From positions 1 to 27,033 of the forward strand of contig JBEVOS010000329.1 in the NCBI GenBank assembly GCA_040507435.1: a DNA stretch of 27,033 nt, read 5' to 3'. Origin of the DNA: Caulobacterales bacterium (GTDB lineage Bacteria > Pseudomonadota > Alphaproteobacteria > Caulobacterales > Aquidulcibacteraceae). The position numbers were made by a program, and so were the translations under genes. Numbering within the stretch: the stretch's first letter is position 1; each line of letters begins with the position of its first letter. Shown piece after piece: positions 16,552 through 25,291 of the stretch. The notes beneath the pieces are model-generated. The model was not told where the DNA came from. It made no database searches and saw only the letters and a program-made list of their open reading frames with translations.

Positions 16552-18387
16552 ATGCCGATCCGCCGCCTGCCGCCAGAAGCCGTGAACCGCATCGCCGCGG
16601 GCGAGGTGATCGAACGCCCAGCCGCTGCCGTCAAAGAGCTTGTGGAGAACGCGCTCGATGCGGGCGCGCAACGCGTCGCAATTACGATCGCGCGCGGCGG
16701 CCTATCGCTGATTCGCATTGAAGACGACGGCCACGGCATTCCGGCGGCGGAACTGCCGCTTGCGGTGGAACGGCATGCAACATCGAAATTGACCGCTGAC
16801 CCAGGCGGCGGCGTCGATCTTTTGAACATCGCCACGATGGGCTTTCGCGGCGAGGCGCTGCCTTCGATTGGCGCCGTCGCGCGGCTATCGATCACGTCGC
16901 GGGCGCGCGATCTTGAAGATGCTTGGCGGATTGATGTGGAAGGCGGCGCCTTATCGGAGCCTGCGCCTGCATCTTGGGGCGGGCTCTCGCAAAGCGGCGC
17001 GATCGTTGAGGCGCGCGATCTTTTCTTCGCAACTCCGGCGCGTCTGAAATTCATGAAAAGCGAACGCGCCGAAGCGATGGCGATCACGGACGTGATTAAG
17101 CGCCTCGCGATGGCGCGGCCCGACGTCGCTTTTTACTTGGAGAACGAAGGCCGCGCGACATTGAAGCTCGCGGCGGAACGCGATCCCGAACATGAGGGCC
17201 GGCGCCGCCGTCTCGCCGCGATCCTCGGCGCAGACTTCGCGCCCAACGCGCTCGAACTTGATCAGATGCGCGATGCTGTGCGTCTCACAGGCTTCGCGGG
17301 CTTGCCGACTTTGCATCGCGGCACACGCGAGCATCAACATCTTTTCGTCAATCAGCGCCCCGTGAAGGATAAGCTGATCGTCGGCTCGGTGCGCGCAGCC
17401 TATCAAGATTTGCTGGCGCGCGATCGCCATCCCGTTGTGGCGCTGTTTCTCGATCTGCCGCCAGAAGAAGTGGACGTAAACGTCCATCCGGCGAAAACCG
17501 AAGTGCGCTTCCGCGATGCAGCGCGCGTGCGCGGTTTGATCATCGGCGCGCTGCAACATGCCCTTGCAGGCGCTGGCCATCGCGCATCAACGACGGTCGC
17601 GCAATCGGCGCTCAATTCCGTACGCGCGCATATTTCGCCGCAATTACCGCTGCGCGCTTGGCAAATGGCGGAAAGCGCGATCGCGCCCGGCGATTTCATC
17701 ATGCCGAGTGCGCGCGCCGATTATGCGCCGCCGTCTTCAGCCAATTACGGGGGCGCAGCCCTAAGCGAAGCAGGGGGCGTCAATGCGGCGTCCGTCACAC
17801 AATTCACGCCGCTCACAGATAGCGCGCCCGTAAACGGCGGGGCCGACCAAGAGTTTTTTCCGCTCGGCGCCGCGCGCGCGCAAATCCATGAAACCTACAT
17901 CGTCGCGCAAACCGAGGACGGAATCGTCATCGTCGATCAGCACGCTGCGCACGAACGGCTCGTATATGAGCGCATGAAAGCGATGCTCGCCAATGGGGGT
18001 GTCAAACGGCAGGCTTTGCTTATTCCCGATGTCGTCGATCTCGATCCAGCGGAAGCCGAGGCCATTCTGGCGCGCGCAGAGGAGCTTAGCGAACTTGGCC
18101 TCGTGATCGAACCGTTTGGTGTGGGCGCCATTCTCGTGCGTGAAACGCCCGCTTTGCTGGGGCATGTCGACGCGCGTGGCTTGCTGAAGGATTTAGCGGA
18201 CGATCTCGTGGAACTCGGCGATGCGCATGCGCTGAAGGAGCGTCTCGAAGAAGTGTGCTCCTCGATGGCATGCCGCGGTTCGGTGCGTGCAGGCCGCAGG
18301 CTCACTGCCGATGAGATGAACGCGCTGCTCCGGCAAATGGAGGCGACGCCGTTTTCGGGACAGTGCAATCACGGCCGCCCCACCTAA
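16552..18387 (+). CDS. mutL: DNA mismatch repair endonuclease MutL, ending at a premature stop (canonical end 18435)
   Basis: [87 protein letters not shown] at 18385-18387 is followed in frame by FELKLADIEKLFGRR-TGA. Confidence 0.96.
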   Translation: MPIRRLPPEAVNRIAAGEVIERPAAAVKELVENALDAGAQRVAITIARGGLSLIRIEDDGHGIPAAELPLAVERHATSKLTADPGGGVDLLNIATMGFRGEALPSIGAVARLSITSRARDLEDAWRIDVEGGALSEPAPASWGGLSQSGAIVEARDLFFATPARLKFMKSERAEAMAITDVIKRLAMARPDVAFYLENEGRATLKLAAERDPEHEGRRRRLAAILGADFAPNALELDQMRDAVRLTGFAGLPTLHRGTREHQHLFVNQRPVKDKLIVGSVRAAYQDLLARDRHPVVALFLDLPPEEVDVNVHPAKTEVRFRDAARVRGLIIGALQHALAGAGHRASTTVAQSALNSVRAHISPQLPLRAWQMAESAIAPGDFIMPSARADYAPPSSANYGGAALSEAGGVNAASVTQFTPLTDSAPVNGGADQEFFPLGAARAQIHETYIVAQTEDGIVIVDQHAAHERLVYERMKAMLANGGVKRQALLIPDVVDLDPAEAEAILARAEELSELGLVIEPFGVGAILVRETPALLGHVDARGLLKDLADDLVELGDAHALKERLEEVCSSMACRGSVRAGRRLTADEMNALLRQMEATPFSGQCNHGRPT

Positions 18388-18445
18388 TTTGAGCTGAAGC
18401 TTGCCGACATTGAAAAGCTGTTCGGCCGAAGATGAAAGAAGCTCG

Positions 18446-20179
18446 ATGAGTGAATTTCAGCGCGCGTTTGGTCTTTTCCAGAACGGCGACCTTGCGGGCG
18501 CCGAAAAAGCGTTGCGCGCGCTTGTCGCCAAAACGCCTGCTGACGCGAACGCGCTCCATCTCCTGGGCGGTGTTTTGCACGCGCGCGGCCGCAGCGAGGC
18601 TGCGTTGCAATGGTTTGAGCGCGCAGGAAAATTTGCACCGCAAGACCTTTCGATCGCGTTCAACCATGCCAACGTGCTCGCCGCGCTCGGGCGTCACGAA
18701 GAAGCGGTCGCCGCATTTGATCGCGTGCTGAAATTAGCGCCGCGTGACGGCGAAGCGCTCTATGCGCAAGGCGCATCCTACCTTGCCATTCGCCGTCACG
18801 AAGAAGCGCTCGCATGTTTTGACGCCGCCACGGCGCTTGGCGTTCGCAAGCCCGATATGCAAGTGAATCGCGGCGCGGCGCTTGCGGCGTTGAAGCGCCA
18901 CCAAGATGCGCTGGATATTTTTGACGCCGCGCTGGCGCAAACACCGAACGATATGAAGGCGCACTACAATCGCGGCGCCGCTCTGATCGACCTTGACCGT
19001 TATGAAGACGCGCTCGCAGCGTTCGAGCGCGCGCTCGCAATCGACCCGAACTACCCTGAAGCGCGTGCTGGCCGCGGTTCCGCTCTCGGCACGCTGGGCC
19101 GCACAGAGGAGGCGCTCGCCGAAATTGGCGCAGCGCTCGCGGGCGCGAAGGTCAGTCCTGATTGCTATCGGATCAAAGCGCAAATTCTGCTGCACGCGAA
19201 CATGGATGGCGTTGAAGAGAATATCGATCGCTTCATCGCCGCCCGTCCGGAAGATGCTGACGCCCCGTTTACGAAAGCAGTCGATCTGCTCGCGCGCGGC
19301 GCGTTCCGCGAAGGCTGGCGCTATTATGAATCGCGTTGGGGCATGACGAAAAGCCAAAAGCCGCTTGCCGCATCGCTCGCGCCGCTTTGGCTTGGCGAAG
19401 AGGATATAGCCGGAAAATCTGTCGTTGTGATTGGAGAGCAAGGCTTCGGCGATTGCTTTCAATTCTGCCGTTTCGTGACGCGTCTCGCCGAACGCGGCGC
19501 AGATGTGATTTTGCAGGAGCGCGCCAGCACGCTTGGAATTTTGCGCAGCCTGAAAGGCGTGCGTGGCGTGTATGCATCGAGCGAGCCGGCCCCACTGACT
19601 GATTATCACATCCCAATGGGCAGTCTGATGCGCGCGCTTGCGATCCATGAGGAATCTGATGTGCGCGCCGGCGCTTATCTCTTCGCGGCGTCCGAACGCG
19701 TTGCGCACTGGCGCGATATCCTGGGCCCCGCGCGCCGCAAACGCGTTGGAATCATTTGGGAAGGCAACGTCATCGATCATCGCCAGCGCCAGCGCGCGCT
19801 CGATATGCGCTGGCTTTCGCGCTTGCTCGAAGCTGACGTTGATTTCATCAATCTCAAACTTGGCCTCAACGCTGAAGCGACAGCAGTGCTCGAAAACGCC
19901 GGCGCGCGCATGTTCGGCGACGCTACGAAAGAATTCAGCGAACTCGCCGCGTTGATTGAAGCGCTCGATATGGTGATCGCAATCGACACCGGCGTCGCGC
20001 ATCTTTCCGGCGCGCTCGGCAAAGAGACTTGGGTGTTGCTGCCATTCCACGCCGATTGGCGTTGGATGCGCGAGCGGACGGATTCGCCCTGGTATCCCAG
20101 CACGCGGCTTTTCCGTCAGCAGCGCTACGGTGATTGGAGTGATCCGATTGAAGCGGCGATGGCTGCGCTCCGCCCGTAG
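18446..20179 (+). CDS. TPR-repeat protein with a C-terminal GT-B (GT9-like) glycosyltransferase domain
   Basis: Multiple TPR units (HLLG..., FNHANVLAALGRHEEAVAAFDRVL, YNRGAALIDLDRYEDALAAFERAL), then GWRYYESRW, GEQGFGD, LDMVIAIDTGVAHLSGALG, DWRW...SPWYPSTRLFRQ. Confidence 0.88.
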   Translation: MSEFQRAFGLFQNGDLAGAEKALRALVAKTPADANALHLLGGVLHARGRSEAALQWFERAGKFAPQDLSIAFNHANVLAALGRHEEAVAAFDRVLKLAPRDGEALYAQGASYLAIRRHEEALACFDAATALGVRKPDMQVNRGAALAALKRHQDALDIFDAALAQTPNDMKAHYNRGAALIDLDRYEDALAAFERALAIDPNYPEARAGRGSALGTLGRTEEALAEIGAALAGAKVSPDCYRIKAQILLHANMDGVEENIDRFIAARPEDADAPFTKAVDLLARGAFREGWRYYESRWGMTKSQKPLAASLAPLWLGEEDIAGKSVVVIGEQGFGDCFQFCRFVTRLAERGADVILQERASTLGILRSLKGVRGVYASSEPAPLTDYHIPMGSLMRALAIHEESDVRAGAYLFAASERVAHWRDILGPARRKRVGIIWEGNVIDHRQRQRALDMRWLSRLLEADVDFINLKLGLNAEATAVLENAGARMFGDATKEFSELAALIEALDMVIAIDTGVAHLSGALGKETWVLLPFHADWRWMRERTDSPWYPSTRLFRQQRYGDWSDPIEAAMAALRP

Positions 20180-20301
20180 GAAATATTTTCGTCATTCATC
20201 GTGCGCTCAGTTGCTGTGGAGATTTTAGGCGTCGCTTTTGCCTTCCCGCCGCCGCTTTGACGCTCTAAGACGGCGGCAGGGAGAAACCCGAGGGGCGGCG
20301 C

Positions 20302-21861
20302 ATGGCGCAAATTTTTCTATCCTACGCGAGCCAAGATCGCTTGCGGATCAAACCCTTGGCCGAAGCGCTTGAAGCGCGCGGCTTTTCCGTTTGGTGGGAT
20401 CGCGCGCTGGGCGCCGGGGAAGACTACGCCGCCGTGATCACGCGCGAGCTGAGCGCCGCCAAAGTCGTGATCGTTGTGTGGACCGATGCGTCCGCCGCTT
20501 CGACGTTCGTACGTGATGAGGCCGGGCGCGCCCGCGATCAGGGCCGGCTCATCCCAGTCATGCTTGACCGCGTACAAATTCCGCTGGGCTTCGGCGCGTT
20601 CCAAGCCGAGGATTTCTCCGCGTGGAACGGCCGCGCGGAAGCGGCGCAGATGCAGCTTCTGGAAGAAGCGATCCACGCCAAGCTTGAAGGCCGCGCTATT
20701 GATGGCGGCGCAGTCGCGGCCAAACGCCGGCGGCTCATGTCGCGCATCCGTATCGTGTCTGTGCTGACGGTGGTGGCCGCGATCGCGGTGATCGCCTTCG
20801 TCGGCAATCAATTCATCAACCCGCCCGAGATCGTGCAGCCGCAAGATCCGCGCAATCAGCTGCTCGATCTGGTGAACCAGGGGAAGCTGACGCCTGAACA
20901 AGCCATCGAACTTGCGCGGCTTTTGGAATCTGGCGCCTTGGGCGAAACGGAAGTTGCCGCGAATGAAGCGCCGTCCGCTGGCGCGCCCGCGCCCGACGCC
21001 GCCTCGCGCACCATGACAGCGGAGTCCGAACAACAGGTCGCGACGGTTACGTCCGCTGAGTTCGATGCGGCCTCGCGCGACACCTATCGTGAATCCATCA
21101 CCCAGCTTTTGACGAGCAGTGATGTGCGCGTGCGCACGGCGGCGCTGCAATTGTCGAATGACGCGACGCGCGATGAAGCCATGCGGACGTTGTGGAGCAT
21201 CGCGGAGCAGGGCGGTCCGAACGCGGCGGCGATTTACAAAGTCTGCGGCGCGGTCGGCGAAGCGAACAATCACCCGCTCGGCGTGCGTGCGCTGGAACGC
21301 GCGCGAAATGCAAACCCGCAAGACGCGCAGGTCTGGCGCATGTTGTCTTATGGCCTGCGCCGCTCGAACCAAACCGCCGAAGCGGAAGGCGCAGCGCTCG
21401 TGGGAGCGGGCCTTGAAGCGCAAGCGGAGGGCCAAACGGAAGTCGCCGAACAGCGGCTCGAACAAGCTTTGCCCAATCTGCAAGCTGTTGAAGGCCGCGC
21501 GTTCGTAGAAGGCCAATTGGGCGATGTCGCTGCACGCCGCAATGATTGGGCGGCGGCCACGTCGCGTTATCGCAGCGCGTTTGAATTGCGTGAGCGCGCC
21601 GCGCCGAACACCTCTGCCGCGCAAGGTTTGCAAGTCGATGCGCAAAAGCTCGTGCGCGCGCTGGATCGCGATGGCCGCACCGAGGAGGCGTGCCGCCAAG
21701 CTCAAGACGTGCAGCAGGATCACGAAGTCGCGCCAGCGGATCAGGAACTCGCCCAGCGCTGTCAGCGCTATCGCATAACGGTTCGGCCGCAGGTTCTGCA
21801 GCCGCAGCAGCAACAGCGTTTGCAGACGGCGCCCGCGCAGCGCATCACGCCCGCGCAATGA
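20302..21861 (+). CDS. Membrane-anchored TIR-domain protein with a C-terminal helical/TPR-like region
   Basis: IFLSYASQDR...VWWDRAL.AGEDY, Glu in STFVRDEA; one TM (IVSVLTVVAAIAVIAFVGNQF); TPR-like segments; Gln-rich tail; GAGGGG SD. Confidence 0.87.
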   Translation: MAQIFLSYASQDRLRIKPLAEALEARGFSVWWDRALGAGEDYAAVITRELSAAKVVIVVWTDASAASTFVRDEAGRARDQGRLIPVMLDRVQIPLGFGAFQAEDFSAWNGRAEAAQMQLLEEAIHAKLEGRAIDGGAVAAKRRRLMSRIRIVSVLTVVAAIAVIAFVGNQFINPPEIVQPQDPRNQLLDLVNQGKLTPEQAIELARLLESGALGETEVAANEAPSAGAPAPDAASRTMTAESEQQVATVTSAEFDAASRDTYRESITQLLTSSDVRVRTAALQLSNDATRDEAMRTLWSIAEQGGPNAAAIYKVCGAVGEANNHPLGVRALERARNANPQDAQVWRMLSYGLRRSNQTAEAEGAALVGAGLEAQAEGQTEVAEQRLEQALPNLQAVEGRAFVEGQLGDVAARRNDWAAATSRYRSAFELRERAAPNTSAAQGLQVDAQKLVRALDRDGRTEEACRQAQDVQQDHEVAPADQELAQRCQRYRITVRPQVLQPQQQQRLQTAPAQRITPAQ

Positions 21862-21865
21862 ATGC

Positions 21866-22426
21866 TCAGGCGGGCTTGAGGAATTTAAGCGTCGCCGCGC
21901 CGTAATCGCGTGTGTCGAGCAGCGTAAACCCGGGCGGTTCGATCTGTTCGTCCACCCCATGCTCGAACACGATGAGCGCGTCGCTGGAAATCCAGCCGCC
22001 GGGCATGAGACTGGCGAGCGCTTTCTCGCCGAGGCCCTTATGGTAGGGCGGATCGAGAAACACGAGATCGAATGGCGCGCCGAGCCCCGCTGGTTTGGGG
22101 CCAAGATCGGTCGCGTCGCGCCGGTGAACGCGCGTGGCGCCGAATAAGCCGAGCGTCTCGACATTGGTGCGGATTGCGCCGCGCGCTGCTTCATCCGTTT
22201 CAACGAACAACGCGAAAACCGCTCCGCGCGAGAGCGCCTCGAAACCAAGCGCGCCCGAGCCGGCGAAAAGATCCAGTACGCGCCGCCTTTCGACGCCGGG
22301 CGACCAGTCGGCATGCGCCAGGATATTGAAGAGGCTCTCCCGCGCCCGGTCGCTGGTGGGGCGCGTCGCCCGTCCCTGCGGCGCTTGGAGCGCCCGGCCT
22401 TTATGCTCGCCGCCGACAATTCGCAT
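21866..22426 (-). CDS. rsmD: 16S rRNA m2G966 methyltransferase
   Basis: MRIVGGEHKGR, TRPTSDRARESLFNIL, VLDLFAGSGALGFEALSRGA, FLDPPY. Confidence 0.97.
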   Translation of the reverse strand: MRIVGGEHKGRALQAPQGRATRPTSDRARESLFNILAHADWSPGVERRRVLDLFAGSGALGFEALSRGAVFALFVETDEAARGAIRTNVETLGLFGATRVHRRDATDLGPKPAGLGAPFDLVFLDPPYHKGLGEKALASLMPGGWISSDALIVFEHGVDEQIEPPGFTLLDTRDYGAATLKFLKPA

Positions 22427-22527
22427 GCGTCCTCATCGCCCGCAGCAGCGGCCGGCGCAACCGGGCGGTGGGTCACAGCGTTAGGGCTCCGGATGCGGGC
22501 AAAGGGAGCAGGCGAGGGAGACGAGGA

Positions 22528-22962
22528 ATGAAGCCGTTTTTTGCCGCCGCGCTCGCGCTCATTTTGGCTGCGCCGGCGTTCAGCCTGCCAGATGATACGG
22601 CGCAGGCGCGCCGCTCTTATCGCGACGAATGCGCGAAATACGATTCCTATGCATGGTGCGAATGTCAGGCGTCGGGTCTGTCCCAATCGCTGACGCAGCA
22701 GGAAATGCGTCTCGCGACGGTAAGTCTGCATGATCGCTATGAACCCGCGAACGGGCAATCCGTGGCGATGACGGGCAAAGCGTCCGATCTCGTGATCCGT
22801 GAACGCGATGACGGCGTCACAGACGCATTCGAGCGTATCCGCGATGTAGAGGCTGGATTGACGGAGCCTTGCGCGCAGTTTCGCGGTCTTCCCACGAGGT
22901 CCGGCCCAAGTACGCCGAAGCCGCCGGACCAAAAACCGCCCGGCGCCACGCCGCTGAGTTAA
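22528..22962 (+). CDS. Hypothetical secreted 4-Cys protein, 144 aa
   Basis: GAGGA SD before ATG 22528; signal peptide MKPFFAAALALILAAPAFS; C-x8-C-x-C plus a distal Cys; Pro-rich tail. Confidence 0.7.
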   Translation: MKPFFAAALALILAAPAFSLPDDTAQARRSYRDECAKYDSYAWCECQASGLSQSLTQQEMRLATVSLHDRYEPANGQSVAMTGKASDLVIRERDDGVTDAFERIRDVEAGLTEPCAQFRGLPTRSGPSTPKPPDQKPPGATPLS

Positions 22963-23099
22963 GCCGGAACGATTGGCCGCGTTCACGCGAGCGTCATCGT
23001 CAACACAGCGTATTGACCCGGGCGCGTTGAGAAAGAACAACACCCGCATAACTTCCCGCGCATAATCGCGGCCGAAGCCAGGGCGGAGACATAAGCGAT

Positions 23100-23771
23100 A
23101 TGGATTGGAGCGCGGCCGCCGCTTTTGTTCAGGTAGTGCTGATCGATCTCGCACTCGCGGGTGATAACGCTGTGGCCGTCGGCCTCGCCGCCGCAGGCTT
23201 GCCGGACAAGCAACGGAAGCAAGCGATTTTCTGGGGCATCGTTGGTGCGCTGGTTCTGCGCATAGGCTTCGCGCTCGTCACAGTGCAACTTCTGGAGTTT
23301 CGCGGCATTTTGCTCGCGGGCGGCTTGCTCCTGTTCTGGGTGGCGTGGCGGATGTGGCAGGATTTGCAGGCCCACCGCACGCCAAGTCCGTTTGAAACAC
23401 CGGAAGAGGCCGCTCACGTCGCTGAAGAAGCAGCGCACGTCGCTCCCAAAGCAAGCTTTGGCCGCGCGCTGCTGACCATCGTTGTCGCAGACGTTTCGAT
23501 GTCGCTCGATAACGTGCTCGCGGTTGCGGGCGTCTCGCGGCATGAACCCATGATCATGGCGTTCGGCTTGATCTTGGCTGTCGCCCTCATGGGCGTCGCA
23601 GCAACTGTGATCGCACGCATTATCGAGAAACATCGTTGGATCGCTTATGTGGGCATTGCCATCATTCTATTCGCGGCGCTGCGCATGGTGTGGGAAGATT
23701 CACACTTTTTCTTCCCGTCGATCATTCCAGCGCTGCCAGGCTTTTTAGGCCACGCGCCGGCGGCGCACTAA
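23100..23771 (+). CDS. TerC-family (YjbE-like) integral membrane protein
   Basis: [45 protein letters not shown]. Confidence 0.93.
   Translation: MDWSAAAAFVQVVLIDLALAGDNAVAVGLAAAGLPDKQRKQAIFWGIVGALVLRIGFALVTVQLLEFRGILLAGGLLLFWVAWRMWQDLQAHRTPSPFETPEEAAHVAEEAAHVAPKASFGRALLTIVVADVSMSLDNVLAVAGVSRHEPMIMAFGLILAVALMGVAATVIARIIEKHRWIAYVGIAIILFAALRMVWEDSHFFFPSIIPALPGFLGHAPAAH
23403..23444 (+). repeat. In-frame 21-bp tandem duplication within the TerC gene
   Basis: GAAGAGGCCGCTCACGTCGCT / GAAGAAGCAGCGCACGTCGCT encode EEAAHVA twice. Confidence 0.85.
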
Positions 23772-24520
23772 GCTTTGCCAATCTGATCACGGATCACGCG
23801 GCGCGGCACTTCCTCGACCATGCCGGTTTTAAGAAGGCCGAGCTGAAATGGGCCGTAGGCGACGCGGATCAAGCGGTTTACCCGCAGCCCAATCGATTCC
23901 AGCACGCGGCGCACTTCGCGATTCTTACCTTCCGCGATCGAGACGGTGATCCAGGCATTGGCGCCTTGCTGTCGCTCAAGCGAAGCCTCAATGCGTCCAT
24001 AGCGGACGCCTTCGACCGTGACGCCTTCCGCGAGTTCGTCCAATTCGGCTTGGCTGATGATCCCGTAAGCGCGCGCGCGATAACGGCGCACCCAGCCGTT
24101 CGCCGGCAATTCGAGTTTCCGCGCCAGCGCGCCGTCATTCGTCAGCAGCAGAAGTCCCTCGGACGTAAGATCGAGCCGCCCGACGGAAACGACGCGCGGC
24201 AGCCCGTCCGGCAAATGATCGAAAACGGTTGGCCGCCCGGCGGGATCCTTATGCGTCGTTACGAGCCCCGCAGGTTTGTGATAGCGCCAGAGGCGTGTCT
24301 CTTCGGCGGTCCGCACCTGCTGGCCGTCGACCAGAACTTTATCCGCGTCCGTCACTTTCACGGCGGGCGTCTCGAGCTTTTTGCCGTTAAGCTTGACGCG
24401 GCCTTCCGCGATCAGCTTTTCGGCGTCGCGGCGCGAACAGACGCCGGCGCGCGCAAGCCATTTGGCAATGCGTTCGCCTTCGACGTGCGTGAGGCCATCG
24501 GTTTTCTCGGGTGAAGCCAT
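23768..24520 (-). CDS. rRNA pseudouridine synthase, RsuA/RluB family with S4 domain
   Basis: [25 protein letters not shown], catalytic [36 protein letters not shown]. Confidence 0.95.
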   Translation of the reverse strand: MASPEKTDGLTHVEGERIAKWLARAGVCSRRDAEKLIAEGRVKLNGKKLETPAVKVTDADKVLVDGQQVRTAEETRLWRYHKPAGLVTTHKDPAGRPTVFDHLPDGLPRVVSVGRLDLTSEGLLLLTNDGALARKLELPANGWVRRYRARAYGIISQAELDELAEGVTVEGVRYGRIEASLERQQGANAWITVSIAEGKNREVRRVLESIGLRVNRLIRVAYGPFQLGLLKTGMVEEVPRRVIRDQIGKA

Positions 24521-24839
24521 GTTTGCAGTTATCTATCGTTGGCGCGTGATACCAGGGCTCGAAGCGCAATTCGAGGAGGGCTGGGCCGAAGGCACAGAGG
24601 CCATTCGCCGCGAATTCGGCGGATGGGGTTCGCGGCTTCATCATGCCGGCGGCGATGTTTACATCGCCTACGCGCAATGGCCGGATGAAGAAACCTGGAA
24701 GGCGGCGTTGGAAAAGCGCATGTATCACTCCAATGATGAAGCCCGGCGCAAATATCGCGATGCGATCGTGCCCGGCACGTTTGAAACGCTGTTCGCGATG
24801 CCTGTCGTTTCCGATAAACTGGATATGCGTCACGCATGA
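24519..24839 (+). CDS. Antibiotic biosynthesis monooxygenase (ABM) / dimeric alpha-beta barrel protein, 106 aa
   Basis: [20 protein letters not shown]...GSRLH...YIAYAQWPD; its stop overlaps the tadA ATG. Confidence 0.8.
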   Translation: MFAVIYRWRVIPGLEAQFEEGWAEGTEAIRREFGGWGSRLHHAGGDVYIAYAQWPDEETWKAALEKRMYHSNDEARRKYRDAIVPGTFETLFAMPVVSDKLDMRHA

Positions 24840-25291
24840 GCGATGAGACCTTCATGCGTATGGCGATCTCCTGCGCCGAAGCCGCTGCGGCGGAAGGCGA
24901 AGCGCCGGTCGGTTGCGTGATCGTAGATAGCGCGAGCGGAGAGGTGATCGCCGAAGCCGCGAATGCGCCGATCGGAAACCGAGACCCGACCGCGCATGCG
25001 GAAATCCTTGCTCTGCGCCGCGCCGCCGAAAAACTCGGCAATTATCGCTTGCGTCCAAATCTTGCGCTCTACGTTACGCTGGAGCCTTGCACGATGTGCG
25101 CTGCGGCAATCTCGAACGCCAGGATCGCACGGCTCGTGTATGGCGCGAGCGACCCGAAAGGCGGCGCGGTGGAAAGCGGCGTGCGGTTTTTTGAATCTCC
25201 GACATGTCATTGGAAGCCGATAATTGCACGCGGTGTGCTCGCGGACGAGGGTGGCGCGCTCCTTAGAAACTTTTTCCGCGCCCGCCGTTAG
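24836..25291 (+). CDS. tadA: tRNA adenosine deaminase
   Basis: GEAPVGCV, DPTAHAEILALR, YVTLEPCTMCAAA, RLVYGASDPKGG, FFRARR. Confidence 0.92.
   Translation: MSDETFMRMAISCAEAAAAEGEAPVGCVIVDSASGEVIAEAANAPIGNRDPTAHAEILALRRAAEKLGNYRLRPNLALYVTLEPCTMCAAAISNARIARLVYGASDPKGGAVESGVRFFESPTCHWKPIIARGVLADEGGALLRNFFRARR

Noticed and set aside
20244-20282. GC-rich hairpin between the TPR-GT and TIR genes
   Set aside because: No U-tract on either strand; the TTGACG in its loop lacks a matching -10.
20317-23154. 945-aa minus-strand ORF
   Set aside because: Arg/Ala-rich with no domain motifs; runs antisense to the TIR gene and across rsmD in another frame. A high-GC shadow ORF.
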